A stretch of DNA of 17,077 nt from Octopus sinensis (taxonomy: Eukaryota), in assembly GCF_006345805.1 (NCBI RefSeq), contig NW_021824984.1:1-17077 (forward strand). Reading direction: 5' to 3'. The stretch's first letter is position 1, and each line of letters begins with the position of its first letter. The position numbers and the translations under genes were made by a program. Shown here in pieces: positions 9,360 through 17,077 of the stretch. The notes beneath the pieces were generated by a model. That model made no database searches. It worked only from the letters and a program-made list of their open reading frames with translations, and had not been told where the DNA came from.

Positions 9360-9463
9360 AATAAATACTGGTGACGATTTATTTGACTAAAAATTCTTCA
9401 AGCCGGTGCCCCAGCTTGGCCGCAGTCTAGTGACTGAGCCAAGTAAAAAATAAAAGATAAAAA
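9360..9463 (+). mobile_element. Isolated retroposon (probably SINE) 3' tail
   Basis: ...GGTGCCCCAGCTTGGCCGCAGTCTAGTGACTGAGCCAAGTAAAAAATAAAAGATAAAA. The 21-mer matches the LINE tail at 7000-7020 (rc) with 2 mismatches, and an A-rich tail follows. The SINE assignment is from recall of octopus repeats. Confidence 0.65.
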
Positions 9464-10221
9464 CATGAAAAGTGTATATAATATACATCAACTTCATTTT
9501 CTCCAAATTACAGTTATCTGATCTGACTTAAATTATCTCCCTTTCTTATTATTGTTTGTAGATTTTAAGCAGGAAGTATTTTTGTACAAAATGCATGGAT
9601 GATCCCAATTAATCGTAAGGAAGTTTTTTTTCTTTCCCTATTAATTGCATGGATGATCGCAGTTAAATAAACAGTCATTTCGTTATTGCTTTATTTTCCT
9701 TTTCATCTCACTGTATCATATACATTTGTGAGAATCTAACGTATGTTTATTTAGTAAGCAAAATGTTCCAGCGAAACATCTCCCTTCAGCCATATTGTCG
9801 ATATATAATGATACCGTGATTGGTAGACCAAAGATAAACTGTGCCAGCCAAAATGGATAACAAAAATGCAAGGCTGTTCTTTGATTAAAGAATCCCAAAG
9901 AAACACAGCAGACAATTTAGACCGATAACAGATTACTACAGCAGCTGCAGTTGCTGCTGTTGTTTTTGTTGTTGTTTCGCTTCCAGTAATCCTTCATCTA
10001 ACAGGCCTTTGATGCAGAGATATTTTAGTCGAAACCATCTCTTCTTTTTTTTCTTCCTGGTATTGTGTATCTGAGAGTACTGTATCGAATATGCTTTCTT
10101 CCGATATTTATCAAGATGATCTGAGAAGGTATGGCGGCTATTTTTTTCTTTTTTGCAGGTCAGGCGTTTAGCTGACACAAGCGATGTCTTATAATAATGG
10201 TGAAAGTTATGAAACATTACA

Positions 10222-10222
<1 letters not shown>

Positions 10223-10308
<86 letters not shown>
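10223..10308. repeat. (TATC)n microsatellite
   Basis: Directly visible. Confidence 0.97.
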
Positions 10309-10310
10309 CC

Positions 10311-10400
10311 ACAGTGTGGTACCTTGTACAAGTGCCATCTGCTATAGTCCCGGGTCGAGCAATGCTTTGTAAATGAAATTATTAGACAGGCAATTTGTAG
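10311..10400 (+). mobile_element. Decayed fragment of the SINE family at 13757-14047 and 14115-14426
   Basis: GTGTGGTACCTTGTACAAGTGCCATCTGCTATAGTCCCGGGTCGAGCAATGCTTTGT resembles GCGTGGCACCTTACACAAGTGTCTTCTACCATAGAATCGGGCCGACAAAAGCTTTGT (14183-14239). Confidence 0.65.
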
Positions 10401-10579
10401 GATCGAGATGTAGGTTCGCTTTCTACGGGCAGACTTCGAATGGTTCAATCAAAAGGGGATTTTCAATCCAATATTTACCGGCACATTTTTATAGCTTTAT
10501 AGCTTATATGCTTGAAGGATCATGTTTCAAAAACGATTATTTCACGTCCTCTTAAAACTTTGTAAATTATGACGTTTGG

Positions 10580-10721
10580 TATATATATATATATATTTAC
10601 TTCTAGCATAAGGGTTGTCCACATAGTGGTCATCCCGCTCATATGTATATATATATACATACATACACACACACACATATGTATATATATATATATACAC
10701 ATATATATATATATATACTAC

Positions 10722-10808
<87 letters not shown>

Positions 10809-10870
10809 CATATACATACATATATATATATGTATGTACACACGCACGCGCGCACACACACACACATATA
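10580..10870. repeat. Compound (TA)n/(CA)n microsatellite
   Basis: Directly visible; interrupted by a unique island of about 45 bp at 10597-10640. Confidence 0.95.
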
Positions 10871-10969
10871 CAGGATGCGATGGGTAACTTATCGCCATTC
10901 TTATATTTTTTACCTTCGCGCATGCGCATGTTTGTTTTGATTTCGTCGACTACACAGTATAGTAAGGCC

Positions 10970-11470
10970 AGTTGTACACCACCTGTGAGAGAAACAGCAC
11001 CATGACGCAATTCACTCTGTCAGAGGTTTGGAAACAATGTCAGGAAAGGCATTGTCTGGCCTTGTCGAAATAGTTTATGTGGTGGACCGGGTTCAAATGA
11101 CTGAAAACAGACACTTTCCCCTTTGGCTAAGCCCTCATCAACTTTTTCAAGTTTCACTCATAAAAGAAAATAAGAGTGAACAGGGAATTGCTGCCTCTTA
11201 GCAATTTTGTTAAAAGATGGATGAATCTAGCGCAGATAGCCTTGCATGGGTATGTAGATCGAGGGTTGATGAAGAGGAGGAACATTTGTACCAGAGGCCA
11301 GGACGATCGTGTTCTTTGTGTAGTTTCCACGAGCAGCCCTAGGAGGATTTCAACATTGAAATTTTTCGTTGTTATTCTTTATTTACATGTTTCAATCCGA
11401 CTTTATTGTTCTCTCCCGCACTGTCCTCAATCTTTTTATATGAACCTTCGGTGGTTCATAAAGAAAAGAC
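10970..11470 (+). mobile_element. 3' end of a Tx1/L1-like LINE (decayed ORF2 C-terminus plus 3' UTR), copy 1
   Basis: One frame from 11056 reads LALSK*FMWWTGFK*LKTDTFPFG*ALINFFKFHS*KKIRVNRELLPLSNFVKRWMNLAQIA. This fits the 'AKxxIWxxR...FxxRW' pattern of Tx1-type ORF2 ends and is homologous to 12025-12120. It ends in a stem-loop plus AAGAAAAG. The 5' boundary is approximate. Confidence 0.65.
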
Positions 11471-11489
11471 TCATTATTTTAATTATTGA

Positions 11490-12012
11490 GTGAGAGACAG
11501 CAGTGCAAGCAATCAAACTTACATTGGGTGTACAAATATAAGAAGCCCAACTATACGAAACCCAATATACCCGTCTGAAAAGGATGCACCAGATACATAC
11601 ATCACAACAGTACATCTACGACATGGTGACCTCATATCAAGATAAACAGTGCAAGACCTTGCAAGTGGAGCTCAGAATTTTTTTCAGGTTGAGTAGCTTA
11701 TTTCGCTCAAAAGTTCTCTGAATAAGGGTTGATTAAGGATGATGAACAAAACAGCTGTTTCCAGGGGTGAATTATTCAAACCCCAAAACAATTCCTCTCA
11801 ACACATGGCTATGATGCTCCTCCACTACTTCTGCTCGCGATCAGAAATGCACATATCCCACTAAGGGTCATGCTCAACAGGTTAAGTCCAAGCAACTGAT
11901 AAGCAAATCTGTGGTATTGAGCAGAATATTTGCTGTAGCCCTTCTTTCATACCAAGATAAAACAATGTACATGATAACACTTCCAATCACTTGAGATCAG
12001 AAGCCATGAGAG
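11490..12012. repeat. Unclassified interspersed repeat (about 520 bp)
   Basis: Part of it recurs inverted at 8196-8313. The full extent is from recall of a common octopus repeat; no ORF or termini were identified. Confidence 0.6.
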
Positions 12013-12024
12013 GCTTGATACTGA

Positions 12025-12380
12025 AGGGAAGCGCTGTCCGATAGCAAGTTTACTGGAAGGTGGATAAATGTTGCAAGAATGGCCAGTATGAAAGGAGCCA
12101 TTCTGAGGATACACCTGTAAGAAAAAGGTATTACAAAAGGAGAAAGGGGTTCTCTACCCCCCTTTTGACCAGGCTCCTGTGGCTTTTATGGGTTTTTCCA
12201 CCAGGAACCTGTCGAAACGCCTCCCCTTATTAGGAGTTTTTCATTGTTATACTTTCGTTGTTAAACTGTTTTTTACTCGGATTTTACAAACGGATAAAAC
12301 CCTTTGTAACTTTCGTCCTGTGTTTTGTCTCTTTATGTTATAATTAATTTTTGTCAGCCCTTGTGGGCAATAAAAGAATT
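12025..12380 (+). mobile_element. 3' end of a Tx1/L1-like LINE, copy 2, with a (TAT)n tail
   Basis: 12025-12120 reads REALSDSKFTGRWINVARMASMKGAILRIHL*, aligning with RELLPLSNFVKRWMNLAQIA at 11182. The 3' UTR ends CAGCCCTTGTGGGCAATAAAAGAA, followed by (TAT)n. Confidence 0.7.
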
Positions 12381-12394
12381 TATTATTATTATTA

Positions 12395-12462
<68 letters not shown>
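12380..12462. repeat. (TAT)n microsatellite, probable LINE tail
   Basis: Directly visible, immediately after the LINE 3' UTR. Confidence 0.96.
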
Positions 12463-12901
12463 GGTTGTCGCTGTTGTTGCTATGTTTGTTTTTACTAAAA
12501 TCTAATTAAAGTCGTAGACAACATCTTCATTATACAAAAACACTGACGTCACAAGCTGTGTCTCTCTCTCTTTTTTTTTATTCCGCGACAGACATTTCAT
12601 ATTGAAATCCATTGTGAAGAAAAATATTTTTTGTATTTATTGAGAAAAGAACAAAGAAAATAAATGAAACTTTTCATCAAAAATATTATTATTTACTCAA
12701 ATTTTCTTTCCGTATTATATTTCAAATGAAATATTATTGCATCTAAAATTGAAACCAGGATAAAAGAAAGCGAGGCGAGAATGTCAGGGTCGGACAACAG
12801 AGTGGCCGATAGACATAAAATCTCTGAGGCTACGACATTTTAAAATCCTGACTTTCGTATCTCACTGAGCAGATTAACTTCATCTTTCGTCTTTCTTATA
12901 T

Positions 12902-13283
12902 GGGAAGCACTCCGTCGGTTACGACGACGAGGGTTCCGGTTGATCCGATCAACTGAACAGCCTGCTCGTGAAATTAAAGTGTAAGTGGCTGAGCACTCCA
13001 CAGACACGTGTACCCTTAACGTAGTTCTCGGGGATATTCAGCATGACACAGAGAGTGACAAGGCCGGCCCTTTGAAATACAGGTACAACAGAAACAGGAA
13101 TAAGAGTGAGAGAAAGTTGTGGTGAAAGAGTACAGCAGGGATCACCACCATCCCTGCCGGAGCCTCGTGGATCTTTAGGTGTTTCCGCTCAATAAACACT
13201 CACAACGCCCGGTCTGGGAATGGAAACCGCGATCCTACGACCGCCAGTCCGCTGCCCTAACCACTGGGCCATTGCGCCTCCAC
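12902..13283 (-). mobile_element. Full-length tRNA-derived SINE (382 bp) with a 12-bp TSD
   Basis: Minus strand: GTGGAGGCGCAATGGCCCAGTGGTTAGGGCAGCGGAC (A box)...GGTTTCCATTCCCAG (B box). The TSD TCTTTCTTATAT lies at 12890-12901 and 13284-13295. Confidence 0.92.
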
Positions 13284-13450
13284 TCTTTCTTATATAGCCA
13301 AAATAAAATAAATAAAATACTGTTTCCGAATAAGGCTGGCCATGAGTATATGGAGCGTAGGTGATTGTCTGAAGGCCCAAGGCACGATGTAGAAATCTGT
13401 GGAATTAATGTTTCCACGACGGGAATATATTTCTAGCTCTTATTTAAATA

Positions 13451-13712
13451 AATAAATAAATAAATGCGCCCTTTTAAAGCCTAGCCAGACTTATGGGCCC
13501 GGTTTCCCGGTTTCTATGGCGTATGTGTTCCCCAGCTGGACGGGACGCCAGTCCATCGCAGCGTTACTCATTTTTGCCAGCTGAGTGGACTTGAGCGACG
13601 TGAAATGAAGTGTTTTGCTCAAGAACACAACGCGTCGACCGGTCCAGGAATCGAAACCACAATCTTGCGATCATGATGCTGATACCCTAACCACTAAGCC
13701 ACGCGCCTCTAC
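13451..13712 (-). mobile_element. Full-length tRNA-derived SINE with a (TTTA)n tail
   Basis: Minus strand: GTAGAGGCGCGTGGCTTAGTGGTTAGGG (A box)...GGTTTCGATTCCTGG (B box)...GCGATGGACTGGCGTCCCGTCCAG...GAAACCGGG...(TTTA)n. Probable TSD: TATTTAAATA (13441-13450) and TATCTAAATA (13715-13724). Confidence 0.9.
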
Positions 13713-13756
13713 CGTATCTAAATAGTGTGTTTAAATATCATTTAATATGCAGAGTA

Positions 13757-13885
13757 CACCACATGGTTCGGTGTTCCGTCCCACTGCCTGTCAACTTGAG
13801 TAATTCTCATCTGCTATCATCTTGGGCCGAACAAATACTTATGAGTGGATTTGGTAGATGGAGACTGAAAAAAGGCTACCGTATA

Positions 13886-13927
<42 letters not shown>

Positions 13928-14047
13928 TTCGTATATCCCCATCCCGCCGCTTGACAGCCAGTGTTGTGTGTTTACGTCCCCGTAGGTTAGCGGTTCGGCA
14001 AAGGATATCGATGGCATTAGTATAAGGTTTAAAAATACATTAAGTAT
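13757..14047 (+). mobile_element. SINE with an internal (TG)n microsatellite, diverged and 5'-truncated
   Basis: Collinear with 14155-14426 on both sides of the internal dinucleotide tract (CCACATGGTTC...GGGCCGA...; CGCTTGACA...GTTTACGTCC). Confidence 0.8.
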
Positions 14048-14114
14048 GGCGGGCTCTGAAAGATGTGAAAGATAAAAGATAATATATATATGTGTGTGTG
14101 TGTGTGTTGTGTGT

Positions 14115-14426
14115 AGTCGGAAGAGTGGGTGTGTGGTAAGAGGCTTGCTTCCCAACCACATGGTTCCGCGTTCAGTCCCACTGCGTGGCACCTTACACAA
14201 GTGTCTTCTACCATAGAATCGGGCCGACAAAAGCTTTGTGAGTGAATTTCGGAGACGGAATTTGAAAGAAGCCCGTCGTATACACACACACACAATTATA
14301 TATGTATGTATTTATGTCTCCCCGCTATCGCTTGACAACCGATGCTGGTTTGTTTACGTCCTCATAACGTAGTAGTACGGCCAGAGGGAATGATAAATTA
14401 AGTACTAGACTTGCAAAGAATAAGTC
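14115..14426 (+). mobile_element. tRNA-derived SINE with an internal (CA)/(TA) microsatellite, 3'-truncated by an RTE fragment
   Basis: A-box-like GTGGGTGTGTGGTAAG and B-box-like GCGTTCAGTCCC; homologous to 13757-14047 and 10311-10400. Confidence 0.82.
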
Positions 14427-14611
14427 TGCTCTTCTCCTCTGGAAGCCATCTACTCGCAATAGCAGAGGGCGCACACTCTCCTACCCTGATGTAATCTTCA
14501 GGGATACAGGCATCCAGCAACAGGACCTCCGTAATGCTATGATGGACCGTGAAGTCTCGCGTACCATGGTAAATTCCATTGTCTCGACCACGGTCGAACA
14601 ATGATGATGAT
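14427..14611 (+). mobile_element. 3' end of an RTE-clade (RTE-X-like) LINE with a (TGA)n tail
   Basis: The frame from 14431 reads LLLWKPSTRNSRGRTLSYPDVIFRDTGIQQQDLRNAMMDREVSRTMVNSIVSTTVEQ* (stop 14602-14604). This matches the RTE 'LLWxP...RGRP..TY.D....DTG.....L...M.DR..W' C-terminus. A terminal hairpin TCGACC-AC-GGTCGA (14584-14597) is followed by TGATGATGAT. Confidence 0.82.
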
Positions 14612-14874
14612 AGTCGCTGATGATACGACCATGCAACAGGATGTACTGAGTTACATATTACCAGTAGCACCCAAGAGCGACCTGACAAATACATGCATAC
14701 ATACATACATACGTATGTATAAATAAATACATACACACACATACATACATACATATATATATATATATACATGTATATATATAAAGGGAAAGTTTACGAA
14801 AATAAACAAAAGACGAAGGCAGGTCGAGTACAAACAAACAATCGTATTAGTATAGCGCTCAGGAAGAGAAAAAG

Positions 14875-14912
14875 TCTTTTACGCTTCGAGCCTACGCTCT
14901 TCGACTGAAAGA
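14875..14912 (-). ncRNA. Degenerate minimal hammerhead-ribozyme-like motif
   Basis: Minus strand: TCTTT-CAGTCGA-A-GAGC-GTAG-GCTC-GAAG-CG-TA-AAAGA. Stem I is TCTTT/AAAGA and stem II is GAGC/GCTC, but both core boxes are mutated relative to CUGANGA and GAAA. Confidence 0.4.
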
Positions 14913-14976
14913 TACACAGAAAAAAAACAAGGAGAGAAAAAAATGCGTGTAGGAGCTAACGATCTATCATGGCGTC

Positions 14977-14979
<3 letters not shown>

Positions 14980-15045
<66 letters not shown>
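14980..15045. repeat. (TA)n microsatellite
   Basis: Directly visible. Confidence 0.97.
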
Positions 15046-15047
<2 letters not shown>

Positions 15048-15245
15048 CTATGGACTCCGTGTGAGCAGTCATCTAAGAGTTTTTGTTCATCTTGTTGCTG
15101 ACATAAGTTCCTTGTTTTTCCTGATGAGAAGGCGGCATATATATATATATATATCGCTAGGACTCCGTGTGAGCAGTCATCTAAGAGTTTTTGTTCATCT
15201 TGTTGCTGACATAGTCCTTGTTCTTCCTGATGAGAAGGCGGCATA
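15046..15245 (+). repeat. Direct duplication of about 92 bp (15046-15139, 15155-15245) separated by (AT)n
   Basis: Both copies read CGCTA(T)GGACTCCGTGTGAGCAGTCATCTAAGAG...CCTGATGAGAAGGCGGCATA. Confidence 0.95.
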
Positions 15246-15312
15246 ATGCACCCCTTATTCCTTCGAAATTAGGAATATGCAGCCTTCGAAAACATACGTC
15301 GAGAATAAAGGA
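15215..15312 (+). ncRNA. Type I hammerhead ribozyme motif (minimal stem III, Penelope-associated type), possibly decayed
   Basis: Stem I 5' TCCTTGTTCTTC (15215-15226); CTGATGA (15227-15233); stem II GAAGGC-G-GCATA / TATGC-A-GCCTTC (15234-15245 / 15276-15287) with inner TATTCCT/AGGAATA; GAAA+A (15288-15292); CATACGTC (GUC site at 15300); stem I 3' GAGAATAAAGGA. Confidence 0.7.
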
Positions 15313-15352
15313 ATTTTGTTAAATCGTCGTTCAACTTCATTCTTTCATTTAT

Positions 15353-15353
15353 T

Positions 15354-15412
<59 letters not shown>

Positions 15413-15416
15413 GTGT

Positions 15417-15450
<34 letters not shown>
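15353..15450. repeat. (TA)n/(TG)n microsatellite
   Basis: Directly visible. Confidence 0.96.
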
Positions 15451-15454
<4 letters not shown>

Positions 15455-16077
15455 ATGTAAGCAGAAGCAACACAGTGACTCAAGGTACGAGAGTTTCGTT
15501 CATTGGCACTTATCAAACCAACATACCTGTATATATTATATTGTTCCAAAAATAATGGCCACTCTAAATGTTGTGTTTTGAAATGCAATTTTATCATAGT
15601 ATTTTAATTAAATTTTAGGTGAATTTCGACATATTTAATAATTGACGAATGCTTTTTAATAATTTTTCTTTTACTTATTTCAGACAGAAAACATTCTTGA
15701 AGCATAAGTACCCTTAATTATGAACATCACACACACACACACACACACATGACATCAGTTCGACTTAGCATCATGTGACTTAATGTTCAGTGGGCGAGTA
15801 TGTCACAGCATATCTCCTCGGAGACGTGACGTGCGTTCGAACATGTGCATAGGAATATGCTTGAGTCTATAGGTTGCGTACTTAAAAAAAAACATAAGAA
15901 TCTATGTGTGTGTGTATGTGTGTGTCTGTGTGTGTGACTGAAACTCTATGCAAATATTGCTGTCGGTGCGTCTGTACGTGGCATGTGAGTATGTGTATAT
16001 ATGTTTTAGTCATTTAACGTATGTTTAAGAGATTAAGTATGTACGTATCCATATTTATCCGCTTTCGTGCATGCAAA

Positions 16078-16155
16078 TATACATACATACATACATGCAT
16101 ACATACATAAATACATACATACATACATGCATGCATACATACTACATATATATAT

Positions 16156-16189
<34 letters not shown>

Positions 16190-16377
16190 ATATATACATA
16201 TCAACATATATATAAATATACATACATGTGGATAGATAGATAGATACACAAACATATACATATACGTATATGCACATATATTGTATATATAATGTGTGTA
16301 TGCATATACGCATATATATGTGTGTATACATATATATAAATATATAAATAATGTGTACATGTATATACGCATGTCTA

Positions 16378-16418
<41 letters not shown>

Positions 16419-16550
16419 CATATATATACATAAATATGCATTTATATATTATACATACATATGTATATATATGTATATATATATATACAAATTTACATCT
16501 ATATATACACACATGCCAATATAATGTATATATACACAGACGTCAATGTA

Positions 16551-16623
<73 letters not shown>

Positions 16624-16750
16624 ATATGATTATAGGCATATACATTGACGTCTGTGTATGTATACATTATATTTGTATGTGTGTATATATACATGTACAT
16701 TTGTGTGTGCCTGTCTGCGTGAATATATATGTTTGCGTTTGTATATGTAA
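16078..16750. repeat. Compound (CATA)n/(TA)n/(TG)n microsatellite region
   Basis: Directly visible. Confidence 0.95.
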
Positions 16751-16879
16751 ACCAGCAGGTTCACAAACGTAAGTATGTGTGTATGTTAGCGCAGTTTATA
16801 TACGTATTCATGCTCCGTCAATTCTTAGTGGAGAAGAATCAAATGTTGTTGATTCTTGGAGAGACACAATTTGATGACG

Positions 16880-16970
16880 ATGGTGGCGATGATGGTGGTG
16901 GTGGTGGTGGTGGTGGTGGTGGTGGGTGGACGGTGGTGGTGGTGGTTGTGGTGGTGGTGACGGTGGTGGG
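16880..16970. repeat. (GGT)n microsatellite
   Basis: Directly visible. Confidence 0.95.
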
Positions 16971-17077
16971 AAATGTAACGAGAGAGACGGTGACGGAAGG
17001 ACGTAGGAGTGAAACGAAGTGGGTGAGAGTGAGAGGAAGAGGAAGAGTTGTCGTGAGGGGAGGAATCCTTATTTGCG

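Noticed and set aside
9936-10217. 93-aa basic, poly-Q-ending ORF on the minus strand; acceptor-like TTTTTTGCAG at 10158 on the plus strand
   Set aside because: There is no recognisable homology. The K and Q runs come from T-tracts and (TGT/TGC)n, and no convincing exon with both splice sites was found. It cannot be excluded without RNA-seq.
11970-12012. Faint resemblance of TCCAATCACTTGAGATCAGAAG to U2 snRNA, next to a Tx1-like fragment (some Tx1 families target U2)
   Set aside because: The match is too short and gapped, and the GTAGTA branch-pairing motif and U2 5' stem are absent.
12902-13712. tRNA-like A/B boxes suggesting tRNA genes
   Set aside because: There is no complete cloverleaf or acceptor stem. 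The boxes continue into SINE bodies with tails and TSDs.
14614-14630. CTGATGA inside GTCG...CGAC after the RTE tail
   Set aside because: No stem II or GAAA follows. It is better explained as a continuation of the (TGA)n tail.
15670-15710. TTTTCAGACAGA...TGAAGCA resembling the 2343/8072 repeat or a splice acceptor
   Set aside because: The match is too short in AT-rich sequence to separate from chance.
1032-16772. Dozens of ORFs rich in YI, VC, HT, YLSI, poly-I or poly-Y
   Set aside because: They are translations of (TA)n, (TG)n, (TATC)n and (TAT)n microsatellites, which lack stop codons in some frames.

Overview
A repeat-dense, AT-rich eukaryotic non-coding window (intronic or intergenic). 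I recognise the SINE families and the very high microsatellite load as typical of octopus (coleoid cephalopod) genomes; this is an inference from recall, not a database result. No host protein-coding exon can be supported, and almost all ORFs in the track are microsatellite translations (YIYI, VCVC, poly-I). The window holds a decayed irritans-like mariner transposon (1-1080, -), a hAT-type MITE and about ten tRNA-derived SINE copies or fragments. These SINEs appear to be built from interchangeable modules, and three insertions have clear target-site duplications. It also holds 3' remnants of three LINE types: CR1/L2-like (with a four-fold tandem amplification), Tx1/L1-like and RTE-like. The most interesting signals are (i) a type I hammerhead-ribozyme motif of the minimal, Penelope-associated kind at 15215-15312, with a duplicated 5' half and a second degenerate hammerhead-like motif about 300 bp away on the opposite strand, and (ii) two SINE/LINE pairs sharing 3' tails, one apparently partnered with a Tx1-like LINE through a conserved terminal stem-loop.
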